A stretch of DNA of 64,000 bases from Anthoceros angustus (Eukaryota > Plantae > Anthocerotophyta): NCBI GenBank assembly GCA_010909165.1, contig MU008170.1, forward strand, positions 1,674,001 to 1,738,000, given 5' to 3'. Below the pieces are notes generated by a model. That model saw only the letters and a program-made list of their open reading frames with translations. It did not search any database and was not told the DNA's origin. The translations under genes were made by a program, and so were the position numbers. Every line of letters starts with the position of its first letter. Within the stretch, counting starts at the first letter, position 1. Positions 28,991 to 40,191 of this stretch are shown here, piece after piece.

Positions 28991-29326
28991 TCTTCTATTG
29001 TCCCGTCTATGCTGATATTCGGGCTCTTGTATTGTCCCGCCTATGCTGATATTCAAGCTCTTCTATTGTCTCGCCTGTGCTGATATTCGGGTGCTTCTAT
29101 TGTCCCGCCTGTGCTGATATTCAGGCTCTTCTATTGTCCCACCAGGCCGATATTGGGCTCTTATTGTCTACTTTGTCTTGATATTCAAGCTCTTATTGTC
29201 TACTTTGTCTTGATATTCAAGCTCTTCTATTGTCCCGCCTGTGCTGATATTCAGGCTCTTCTATTGTCCCACCTGTGCTGATATTCAGGCTCTTCTATTG
29301 TCCCACCTGTGCTGATATTCAGGCTC
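28991..29326. repeat. 34-bp minisatellite, about 10 copies
   Basis: cttctattgtcccgcctgtgctgatattcaggct; anchors at 29061, 29095 and 29129 give a period of 34. Confidence 0.92.
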
Positions 29327-29373
29327 GTTACACTCTTCTTTTCGATTTAGCTGGTTTTTGCATTCTTGTCTTT

Positions 29374-29555
29374 TCACATTCCTAAGGTCTCTAGACTCTC
29401 TTTGTGAGCTTTTTGACCTAGTTTTTGCCTTCTTCTCTATTCACATTCCTAAGGTCTCTAGACTCTCTCTGTGAGCTTTTTGACCTAGTTTTTGCCTTCT
29501 TCTCTATTCACATTCCTAAGGCCTCTAGATTCTCTCTATGAGCTTTCTGACCGTC
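29374..29555. repeat. 67-bp tandem repeat, about 2.7 copies
   Basis: tcacattcctaagg occurs at 29374, 29441 and 29508. Confidence 0.9.
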
Positions 29556-29636
29556 GACAGGCCTTGTAGGACTCTTCATAGGTTTCGCCTCTTTTTTTTC
29601 CTCCTTACTGTCTTTTTCAAATTTTCCATGTTTCAC

Positions 29637-29702
29637 GATATACTATCTCTTGATGGTCTATCATCAAGCTCTTGATGGTCTATCATCAAGAGATAGTATA
29701 TC
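29637..29702. repeat. Perfect 19-bp inverted repeat enclosing a duplicated 22-bp hairpin unit
   Basis: gatatactatctcttgatg (29637-29655) and catcaagagatagtatatc (29684-29702) are exact reverse complements. The unit ctcttgatggtctatcatcaag is present twice. Confidence 0.9.
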
Positions 29703-29774
29703 CAAATGATGTGTGTCCAAATGGCCTAGGCCAAATGGAGACACATTTATAAGAACGCCGTGATTAAGCATCCT

Positions 29775-30148
29775 GCGCTTGGATCGGTACTTAGATGGGG
29801 TGCCTAAAGGGAGTGGATGTCCTTGGTGCAAGTAGCTTAGGGACACCATGGTACAAGTTGTTAAGTACCAAGTCCCATGACGGAATCCTTACTTAGATGG
29901 GGTGCCTAAAGGGAGTGGATGCCCTTGGTGCAAGTAGCTTAGGCACACCATGGTACAAGTTGTTAAGTACTAAGTCCCATGACGGAGTCCTGCGCTTGGA
30001 TCGGTACTTAGATGGGGTGCCTAAAGGGAGTGGATGCCCTTAGTACAAGTAGCTTAGGCAGTACTTAGATGGGGTGCTTAAAGGGAGTGGATGCCCTTGG
30101 TGCAAGTAGCTTAGGCACACCATGGTACAAGTTGTTAAGTACCAAGTC
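29775..30148. repeat. ~60-115 bp variable tandem repeat, about 4 copies
   Basis: tacttagatggggtgcctaaagggagtggatgcccttggtgcaagtagcttagg occurs at ~29789, 29889, 30006 and 30062. Confidence 0.88.
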
Positions 30149-30407
30149 CCGGAAACCCGTCCTCAGCGGACTTAAATAAAATTCTTCTTCTTCTTCTTAT
30201 CATCTTATTTATGTTGTTGTTATTCGTAGAAATGTTCACCTTGTGGTCGGGGGCTCGAACCCCCCGTGTGGCGGTGTGCCCAGCACATGACTGAAACAGC
30301 TCGAACCCCCCGTGTGGCGGTGTGCCCAGCACATGACTGAAACAGTAATATCGCAGTTAGACGTAAGGTTTTGCATACACTAAGTACATAGTGTACGTTC
30401 TCTGCAG

Positions 30408-31060
30408 CCCATCTTTGCAGAGATCGAACATGAGGAAGTGGGAAGCTATAGGGTAGCGTTTGCTGGTAGTCAGGCGGACAGAGCTGGTGAAGAGGCCGCT
30501 GTTCTAGCTGCAAACCCAGTTGAAACTCCAGTTAGGAGAGAGAAGGCGCAGAAGGGAAAGGCTGCTGCTGCTTAGGGTAAGGAGGTTCCACTCATAGTGG
30601 CAAGGCTGGACATTCGGGTTGAAGTTATTAGGAAAGTGCAAAGGCATCCAGATACAGACTCTTGGTATGTCGAGGAGATTGATGTGGGTGACACAGCACC
30701 ACGCACTGTGGTGAGCGGTCTGCTGAAGTACGTCCCGACTCCCCATTGAAGCCATGGAGAATCACCGTAGTCCTGTGCAATCTCAAGCCTGCCAACAAGT
30801 GCGGCAGCAGGGCTTAAGCTTTAGTGCTGCTTCAAACTCTGACCATATTCTGGAGCAACTGGTGGCTCCTCCCAAATGTGCACCAGCATGAGAAAGGGTG
30901 CAGTTTCCAGGCTTTCCAGGCGAACCAGATAACGTGCTCAATCCCAAGTAGAAGATTCGGGAAACAGTGCAGCCGGACTTGATCACCAACAAGTATCTGG
31001 TTGCTTGTCACAAAGAGACCTCACCACAACCACCGCGTGGTGCAATCCGCGGTGCAATTT
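30408..31060 (+). pseudogene. Pseudogene fragment of cytosolic methionyl-tRNA synthetase C-terminus (EMAP-II-like tRNA-binding domain)
   Basis: [85 protein letters not shown] and ERVQFPGFPGEPDNVLNPK*KIRETVQPDL. It has several in-frame stops and frameshifts and is preceded by an acceptor-like tctctgcag. Confidence 0.88.
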
Positions 31061-31485
31061 GTTTAGAAGTGGTGCAATCCGGTAGACCATCGGAGAAATC
31101 ATCAGTATTGCATGGTCGATTCCATTTGTGTGTTCACGAACAGCATTGGTACGCGATGGTGGCTCAACAGGTGGTTCAGCATGATGGCACCAGCCCAAGC
31201 TTTTCCATTACATGTCCTTGCTGTGCTAAAGTACAATGTCCCTTTTCCTCGGGTCAAGGGAAAGTCCTTCACTGCTCTGAAGGAGAAGAAACAGAAAGAA
31301 ACTTCACCAGACACGTAGCAAGGCGAGCCTCCTGTCTGCTTGGAATACAAGTCATATCCTTGCCAAAGCTTCAATTTTCAGGACTTTGTTCATCGAGCAG
31401 ATGAACGGTCCAGGCATTCATAAGGTACACGGACTTGATACAAATTTCAGCAAGAGCGAAGGAAAGGAATTGCTTTCCCTCACGT

Positions 31486-34349
31486 TCATAATATAGCTGC
31501 TGTTCCCTCGTTTTGGTTGAGTTTCAAATGAATGTGGCCACCGGCCTTCACAATATAGTGCCAGGACCATGAACCTTGACTGGGTATTGGTTCCAAGGTC
31601 TTACAAAAACCTGTCCACAACACCAAATCGAAAAATGTCAATTCCTGAAGCACTACGGATAAGCAAAACCCAAGCCACTCTGAACGATATGATAATGAGC
31701 ATACTCTTTACCTGCCTCAGACCCAGTGACCCGCATCCTGAATCCATCAGGCACTCGAAAACTTTGAGGCCCTTCAAACACAACGCCAAAAGCCTCAAAC
31801 TCAGAGTTTCCTTCCAGTACTATCTCCAGTGACTCAAATCTCTTCATTTTCCGCTGCCAAAAAACATTTTCGGGACAGTTCCAATCCACCCCCTTGTTGA
31901 CAACTTGGACTCTCTCCAACCTGCACCTCCCACAGCCATCTCCGTATCGTAGTAGCATTTCCCCATTCCGTGCCCTGGATGCTGAGCCCATGACATTATC
32001 AGCATGCACTATCAGGCTTCCATCAAGCTCTACATCCTTCCAGGAAAATTCTGCTATTTCCAGTTGTAACTCTGAACCTTCGGCTACGGAGCCCCCACGG
32101 ATCTTCTGGCGGATCACATCCCAGAGCGGTCCTAATGCTGGGTGGAACAGTACGACAAAAGGAGGTGCGCTGTCCACATAACAATGGTTATTCTCCATCT
32201 GCGGCATCTTCACGCCACAGGAAGTAAGCAGATCAAACCCATTCCGGGTAACGTCTAAAAATGATCCATCGGGAGTCTGATGCAAAGTCTGCTCATTAGG
32301 CTTCCTCCTCCTCTTCGCTGAAGAAGTAACCTTCCTTCGCTGATTATAAGTTATAAACGTATCCAAATCCTCCATCAACTGGGGTGAGCGTCGAGAGCGA
32401 AACTGATTTACAAGAGAGTCCGCAACATTTTGCATCGTGCATTCCAGTCTACCAGCAAGAACACTGTGGTGTTGCCCCATAGAGTCCTCGAAAGTAACAG
32501 GTTTTTTCAGGTTTAAGATCATGCCTGGCAATGAAGCAGAGCACCCACTGGAAGCCACTTTCTCCACAGCCGCAAGATCAACAAATAATACATTCGTGTT
32601 GGCTGGATACTGGGCCTCCATGCTACCCGGAGAGACGGGCACATCGGGAATCCCAAGCTTGTTGAATTCCGTGTACTCAATACAGGTGACAGCATATTCC
32701 CAAGTGCCATCCCATGTGTTCCTCTCAACCAGCACGTTCACACCCTCGGCTGTCCCCACATTCCTCTTGCAGCTCGCAAAACCAAACTTTTTGTTATGAT
32801 GAAGCCCAATACCCGATAGGGCAAGAAGCGTTACATCGGTGCCCGCCACAGGATTGCTAATCTGTCTGACAATAGCTGCTTTCCGGCCCTTCTCCCGGAA
32901 CCATCGGAAGACACCAGCATCTTTAGCCAGCTTCCAGATCACACCATGACCCCCGGGTTTCACTACTGCTGTCAGTGGCCCGCTGGTCAACCATCGCCCA
33001 TCTGCAGCTGACACTGTGGGCACCAGCGGCTGCTCGAAAATTTTGAAGTTGCCTCGCCCACGGCCAAACCAATCAAAGCTCTCACACAGGGCCTGTACTC
33101 TGTCGTTGTTTTTCTTAGCTGCACTCGACATGATGGCAACTGGGATCAATATCTGCTCTCCAAAAACCTTGAAGTGCAGATACTCTCTTGCTTGCAGATC
33201 CCGCACGAGACCTTCCAGCAAAGTCCTCCCACAATACGGCAACATGGCCACAGGCAAACACTCCCCAGTCACATCATCCACAAGCCCCAGGCGGTCACCT
33301 GCACCGCCAAGAGGGTATATTTCACCCATTTCCGGCAATCCCTGGAGACCCCAGCTCGCAGCTTGGGCTGCATAAGCTGCATTCTCCGACAGATCTGGCC
33401 CTGAAGGAACGTAGAAGCACCTGTTATCAGCACTGCAATGCCCACTCATGGCCTTAACGGCCTTCCTCTTCAACTGAGAGTTGTTGATGAGCTCCAAGGC
33501 TGCCACCTGGTACCCCACAATCCCTCCGATACAGTCATAGAATCTCTCCACTCTAGCCAGCACACTGATAAACTTAGACAGTGCCAGATGCATCTGGCTC
33601 GAAACACCATCATCATGCCCTGCCCAGCTGCCCCGTTCCAGCCGCTTCACATCAAGCTTCCCCTGTGTCTTCTTCCTCCCTGCACCATCCCACCCATCAA
33701 TCATCTGCGCAAGAACCACAAACGCTTCCTTCAGCAAGTGACCCTGGAACTGAGCCGAGCTGCTCCTCACCATGTCACCATCCCGTCCCCCAGACCCATC
33801 CAAGTGCACGTCCTGCCAGGAAAACGGCACATCCAGAACATGCTCCTGACCCGCAGCGACCAGACACTTCAACAGGTAAAGCTCCTCCGCATCCAGAACA
33901 TGCATAGCCAACACCGCAGCCGGCTGCACGTAAACACTACCACCTGCCCTCCCAAAAACAGCCTGCACTCTCCGACAAGTGTCAAGCACAGCCACCTTCT
34001 CCTCCAGAGTCCCCAGCTTCAGCAGCCTCCTCTGCAACTCCTTCAGGTCCTGGATCTCCTGAACCAGGGCCTTGTCCCTTCGGCCCTCAGCATCCACCGG
34101 AGGAGACACCACCGGCGGCACGGACACCAGGGGGGAGGGGGAGATGCTGGAACCAAGCCGTGGCTGCGCAACGTGCAAAGCAGCTCCCCTCTTGAATGCC
34201 CTAGGCTCCTTGTTCTGCCCCGCAGCCGAGGCCCTGAAGACCGTCCTTCGCAGCCCATCATCCGTCAGGCCAGAACCCAGCTCTCCAGGACATCTTCCGC
34301 ACAAATGCAGAGGCGTTAATTTCACAGAATAAAATCCCACGCCAAACAT
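31486..34349 (-). CDS. UGP3: UDP-glucose pyrophosphorylase 3 (plastid, sulfolipid pathway); two exons with a 101-bp intron at 31611-31711
   Basis: The 898-aa ORF has EIYPLGGAGDRLGLVD...ECLPVAMLPYCGRTLLEGLVRDLQARE, KPGGHGVIWKLA, KFGFASCKR and GRLECTMQN. A GCAG|gtaaag donor and gacag|GT acceptor join in frame to a final exon GFCKTLEPIPSQGSWSWHYIVKAGGHIHLKL...*, which restores the expected GSW.W.Y...HIHL terminus that the ORF track misses. Confidence 0.94.
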
Positions 34350-35205
34350 GGTAGCTACCCAACAAGGTGAAGAGTTCAGACGCGTCTCAACCCACTGTGA
34401 GGCGATTCAAACTCCACAACACCGACAATCGCACATTGTACAAACAAGTGGACATGCAACAGCAGCGTCCAGCTGCACCGACCGGCATGGCCGATGTTGC
34501 GGAGCAAGAGCAGCAGCAGAAACAGAGGCCATGGCAAGGCAATTCAGGAGACTAGCAAACATTGAATTTCGCGACCCAGCAATCCTAATCCTCCGCGCAC
34601 CACCGCTCTGCTCCCCTCACATCACATCCTGCAAATTCCAGCCGGCAGGCAACTTGATCACGTAAGCACATCAACTGGCGGCAATCGGGCGTGAGATCCG
34701 ATCCTGGATTGCCTTGGTGCTCGCAGCGAGCTCAAAAAGTCCTGGGTGGAGGCCTGCCATGACGTAATATGCTACGGAGATGCGGGGGAGATCCGTTACG
34801 GAGCAGGCAGCTGGTCCCGGGCATATCCGCGCGTCTGCGATGCTATGCTGGAAGTTTGTTGCATGCGCTAATAAAGGAGATGGCAGCGACGCACCTGGGT
34901 TGCAGGCAGGCAGACAGCGCCAGCGCCGACACTTGTGGTTGGCCTTCGCCGCTGCCAGCATATCCGATACCCAAAGGATACTCGTGCAAATGTGCAAATA
35001 TTCAAAGTTTCAAACTCAAGGCAGGACATGGACTTGTGTCAGCGGAAACCTTCCACGCAGGATTTTTCTGCACGGTTGGGGAGTCCGTTGGGAACCCTAA
35101 ATTCATAAATGGGTTAGCTTGAGGAGCTGCAACACGGGCCCCGATTTTCTGGGGTCATGGAGCTGACTGTACAAGGACATTGGACCGGTAGGACTGGAGA
35201 CTTAT

Positions 35206-37045
35206 CTAGGTTAAGACCGGAGACGAGGGGTTGCTGTCGGATCGACTCCACCTGCGGAACCTCTGCTCTAGATCTGCGATGACAGCTGTTTGCTGCTTCT
35301 TGCTCTGCTTGGGGATGGAGAGCATCCATAGCGACCCGACTTTCTCCGAAGCAGCCTGCCAAACACGCGTGCTTTAGCTTCCTGGACGGAAAGCCCTAAC
35401 GCGCTGACGCTATGTCGGATTTGCAGGCGTGGCGTATACTTACCTTGAACAGAACGTCAGGGTCGTACATTCGGTGGGTTACATTTTGTAACACAGTGAT
35501 CGTCTCGCCGATGTGATTGGTAGCCAGCAACTCATCTTCTCTTATCTGCGATCAGGTGGACACATTAGCCGTGAAGCCAACAACTTTGTGATATCAGCCT
35601 GCTAAGGCCTGAGGATCAAGATACCGTTACGCAACAGCTGTGCACACCTTGAATATCGCCAAAGCCACTCTGAACAAGAACTTCACTCCCTCGTTAAATA
35701 CGACGTCCCACACTCTCAAAGTTGTCTGTAGCATGGCAAAGATTACTTAATGCTGGTAGGGCCACATGAAGAGAAAACGATATCCGCCAGATATGCAAAG
35801 CATTGACTAATGAAGCTCTTACCTCAGACGGGAAACTTTTAGCAAAAAGACACAGAAACCATTCCGTGGTGATCAGCGAGATGTCAAAGCCAATATGATC
35901 AAAATGGGCTGCCAGCCTGTGAAAGCCACCAAGACTTATGAGACACGAACTTGAAGGTGCTAACTCTACGGTCGCGTACAAACATGTGGAGTTAGACAAC
36001 GCACCGTGGACATTTTTTCACAAAAACTTCGTTGAAGACACGCTGCTGGACGTGACACCCTGTCAGATTCTCCGAGTAACAATCACTGAACAGAACATTT
36101 TCCAGCAATACGGCGAGCATCCAGAAGGCCTGTTCCTCGGTTTTCATCACAAGAAGCAACAGTGCTGCCACATAGTTCATTCCCTGCATAGAGTAAGCAG
36201 GCTTGGCGTTATAATCCATCCATTCCCCCAAAACCTTAACAGGGCCTCGGATTCGCACAAGTTAAAGCTTTTGATACACAGGAAAGGCACTCCTACCTGG
36301 CAATAACCAATATGAGAATCTCGAAATGAGTAGGCAACGAGGACCCGACGCAATGTAGCCCTTCCTTCCTCGCTGTTCACCCAAGGATGAGATGGAAATG
36401 TTCTGGATAGATCCTACAGGACGTCACACCCGGTAAGATGTTGCCTTGCCTCAGGAGGCCTTGAAGTTAAGCAAGTTGGCAGATAGGGACCACGTCTACA
36501 GACATCTCCTGCTTTGGAACGAGCTCAAATGGGAAACTTACCCGGTCAATCTGGTGTGTCGCAGGGGTTTGCCTATCAACCACAGCTTCAGTGAGGTCCT
36601 GGTAGTAACTATCGGGCACTGTGGATCGCTTCTTGGCAGCCCCAGACAAAGCCTGCCAAACTCGAGGTCTCAGAGACGGAGGGATGCCTTTCCAAATCAG
36701 CTTCTTCAGCTGGACAGACCTTGTTAGGTTGGATATGGAGAGAGATGACACAAGGTTGCCCTGCTCAGAATGAGCCGAAATTTCCGGCTGGAGATACCAT
36801 CCTGCACCCTTGTTTGCCTCCATAGCCCACCACACCCGACCCTGCTCGGCAACCCTCTCCTTCACGAGATTGAAAACCACAGCATCTTCAGCAGACAGCT
36901 CGAGACAGAAGCCATACATATCTACAACTTTAACGGTGATGTTCTTCCGTGTGTGAGTCAATCCTCTGCTCTCCACTCGGGTTTCCCCGGGATAACCTCG
37001 AACCAGGGCATCCTGAGAACCTCCCAAACGCTCAAAGCCGAACAT
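35206..37045 (-). CDS. TBC-domain RabGAP (GRTP1/Gyp-like), complete copy, multi-exon
   Basis: MFGFERL...VVDMYGF...[20 protein letters not shown]...[31 protein letters not shown]|DLSRTFP (Arg finger), GYCQ|[14 protein letters not shown] (Gln finger), [17 protein letters not shown]. The last exon ends ...SPVLT* at 35206. Confidence 0.9.
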
Positions 37046-38614
37046 ATTCGTGGCTGTTCCACGGGATGACGGTAGGGTTGCTGTAGGACTTCCCCAAATA
37101 AATTTAGCCGCTCTTGGCTCTTCCGAATCCTCCCACCAGCGGCTCGCGTGCACGTTTTGAGACTCGCATGTCGTCTGAAGAACCCCAATTGTCTGTCTGC
37201 GCTCAGTAGACCTCGGTTACACTCCTGCTCCGATTCTCATATGTTAGATAAATATTTCGGTTACACTCCTGGTCTGATCCGCTGCTAGTATGATCCTCAT
37301 GTGCTGGACATATGTCAGTCACATTGCACGCTTCATCCCGCAGTCATGCAGCTTTCAAATGACCAAGCCTCGGCAGCAAAACCACCTGACAAACATACCA
37401 CAAAATCCATCAAAGAGACGTTCCGATCCACTATCCTCACCACTACAGCAATCCTGGAAAGGCAGAACTGGCAAATCACTTCACCAAGCCAGAATGCCAG
37501 CGATTCCCCTCCTGAACGGGACGAGAGGTTGCAAATGAGTCGAACCGCAAACGTACGGGTTGCCAAATTCCGACCACAGCTCGGAAGGCTGATTTCCGGC
37601 ACTCTTGCGCATCAACGATCAGCAGACCTAAAGGCAGCAGGCACTCGAAAACACTCTAACCACGAATCACAGCAAGCGCAATGTCTGCTACGCCGCAAAG
37701 CAAGCGCTCCCGTTCGGCATCACACAACCCCAGCAGAACACATGATGCGCCAGTTCAAATTCCGAACGAAGCAAGCCAGAAAGAAAACACGGAAACCGTA
37801 CAATGCCATTCGAAAAACATGCAGCCACTCCAAAAACAGGACAGCTCGCGTCACAGCTACCGGCAAGCACAATCCACTTCAACAAAACTCACCAGACACA
37901 GATCGGGCACAGCGCATCCGTCCTGAAGCACACGGTCACCTCCCGCTCCTGGACGTCGCAGCTAGCCCTGACCGAGATCCGCTCCCACGGCTCCAACGGT
38001 CTCCATCTTCACCAAACCAGCAGCAGCGCAGGAAACAGGAACAAGCAGCGCAGCGGGGGCAACAGAACCCGGCGTCTGAGAGCGGAAGCTGGCGGAAGGG
38101 CCGGGCATAACCGACAAAGCAAAGCGCCACCGATCCACGGCCCAGCCAGCCACCTTGCGGGAGCGCATCAAGCCGAGGCTCAAAATCGCAGATTTTCCCG
38201 CCCGCTGCACAAGCAAAAGCAGCAGGCGGCATTGCACCAACCAGCTGCGGGCGCGTGGGGTTTGCGACAGAGGAGGAGGCGGAGAAGCAACAGCAGAAGC
38301 AGCAGTCGTAGCAGATGTGAAGACGTAGAGCATGTGGAGGCGCTGTTGGAGGCAAGCTAACAGAGATGTGGGGCGTTGCCTTCGCACAGGCTGTTACGGC
38401 CCGACGACCACGTGCCAGGATAACTTAGCACTTAGCCTTGCCAACTGGAACGAGGCTACCTGGAAGAAGAAGTCGCACGACCGTCGGCGCCGCGTTAGAG
38501 AATCCCACTGGGAGTGTGTCACCGGCTGCCTCAGCCCGCAGCGAAATAGAAAAAGGCCGCAAGTCTCCCGGTCGTGAGGGAAATGGCCCAGTGTACACTA
38601 GGGGAATGTGGAGA

Positions 38615-39535
38615 CTTTATAAAAGGAACGAGATGGGAAATCTCATCTACCCGGAGGAAAAAAGGGGACAACCACGACGGAGCACCAGGTTAGTGCTCCC
38701 GCACTGATCTACCCTATAACCCTCAATCGTCCCCAAGATGTCGTCGTCCAAGATAGGGAAGGGTCTACTTATCATTGGAGCCACCGATGCCGCATCTCCA
38801 GCACTCGTGATCATCCTAAAGATGGCGCTGGCCAACACCCTTTGCAGGGGATGGAAACCCGTTGCCTGAAATATGCCACGACACTGGAAAGGGCTCCCGG
38901 AGGCCAACCCCGTCCCTATTGTTGTGGTAGGCCCTTGCGTACTCCTTGATAAAACGAGAAAAAACCTTACCTAAGGCCCTATGGGTTTCAATGGCAAGGG
39001 GATGAAAATGTGACCTTGTTGCATGGGCCTGTACTTGTAAATTTTCTTAGTTGCGCTCCCTTCCGCCGCTCAACCTAGAGGATTGATGATGACATGGTTG
39101 CTAACGGAATCTTTGGTTGGGTCAGTGACAACCACGTCCGCAACCGAGATATCGTCCCCCCGCGTCAAGAAAAGGTCAGCTCTGATAGAGACGCCATTAA
39201 GCAGAGTATACTGCCGCTCCTTGAAAGGGAAGAAACCGCTCTCCTTGGCCATCGAGAACATGACGTCTTGAACGGCGTCGTATGTAGCAATACTTGTCCA
39301 CCCATTGGACCACGCACTAAGTGGGCTCCAGGGTCGTCGATGGAGGGCCCACAGCAACCGGCCGGAAGAGAACAGGCTAGTGGTTGGACCAGACCCAGGC
39401 GAAACTTCATCGCGGTAGAAAAAGAAGCTGGTGCGATTCGGAACGCCTGGATGCAAGGGCAGGCCAGGAGCCAGGAACCTGCACCCTTCCCTGAGCAAGA
39501 GCGAAGACGAGCTCTAGTAGGAGAGGAATAGACAC
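38615..39535 (-). mobile_element. 5'-truncated CRE-clade element (CCHC region, RLE, 3' UTR) upstream of the TBC gene
   Basis: TRARLRSCSGKGAGSWLLACP...AMKFRLGL...DDPGAHLV...DAVQDVMFSMAKESGF...RADLFL...VADVVVTDP...FIPLAIETHRALGK...RVGLR. The 3' end is agatgagatttcccatct...ttttataaa. Confidence 0.88.
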
Positions 39536-40191
39536 CAGGTAGGTGGTAACACCAGGAAAGGCTTATATAAGAAGCTACATATACAGTGAATTTTCTATTT
39601 AGTCACCTAGTCGGTCCTGTAACATTTTGTGATTCTTACAATACATCATCACAATCAATGCAATTAAAAATATTATTTTTTCTCTTCCTACAAGACTTTT
39701 GTTTTCAACAATTTATCATTCAAGGTTACCAAATACCCCAAGTGCACTATCCGTAATAGGGAGCAAGAGCAGATCAGCAAGTATATGTTTTTTCCACTCC
39801 TCGCTGGTTAGAAGGGTGTGGCACAAAGTGGAAAAGTGGAGGGGACGCAGATGCAAGGTGTGGAGAAGTTGATGGCGGCCGGTTTGTGGTGGGCCCATGC
39901 CAAATGTCTTAAGATTCAAGCGATGCAAAAGGTCTTTACTACTAGTTCAAGTTTTTAATCACGAGATAAAAGATAAGGGTAAGTCAAGATGAGGACATAT
40001 TTAGATTACGAGGTTCACAAAAGGGTTGAAACGCTAGAAGGAACCCTTTAAAATGAAAAAATCAAAAAAGTAAAAGAACAAAAATGCCAAAACTCAAGCA
40101 GCATCGCACTTGTATCTAAAACTGAAATTTTTTGGGTTTGTTTCATATTTGTTTTTGATGTTTTGTTCATTTTTTTGGGAATGGACCGTAT

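Larger units (their letters stand above)
28867..29560 (+). mobile_element. 3' relic of an RTE-X/L2-like LINE (C-terminal zinc-finger-like domain and 3' UTR tandem repeats)
   Basis: QFRVSPHHLRIETNR* followed by PPQEERICKLCSLDPESDSRFLFYCPVYADIR resembles the FR...H.L.IETGR...R.C..C...E.E.HFL..CP.Y..IR pattern of APE-type LINE ORF2 C-termini. The clade assignment is from recalled consensus. Confidence 0.65.

Noticed and set aside
30240-30345. Duplicated ~45-bp segment with B-box-like ggttcgagccc on the minus strand
   Set aside because: No acceptor or D stem could be built. It may be a SINE relic but is unsupported.
31102-31404. Small overlapping ORFs between the MetRS fragment and the UGP3 stop
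   Set aside because: No homology recognised; probably UGP3 3' UTR or intergenic sequence.
31653-31711. ORF-track C-terminus of UGP3 (...KEYAHYHIVQSGLGFAYP*)
   Set aside because: This is intron read-through. A GT-AG intron at 31611-31711 leads to a better-conserved final exon.
33438-34319. 293-aa and other + strand ORFs over UGP3
   Set aside because: Antisense shadows of a GC-rich coding exon, with no recognisable motifs.
37301-38360. 269-aa and 185-aa + strand ORFs upstream of the TBC gene
   Set aside because: No domain motifs, and the frames are broken differently in units 2 and 3. More likely GC-rich leader, intron or promoter sequence of the TBC gene.
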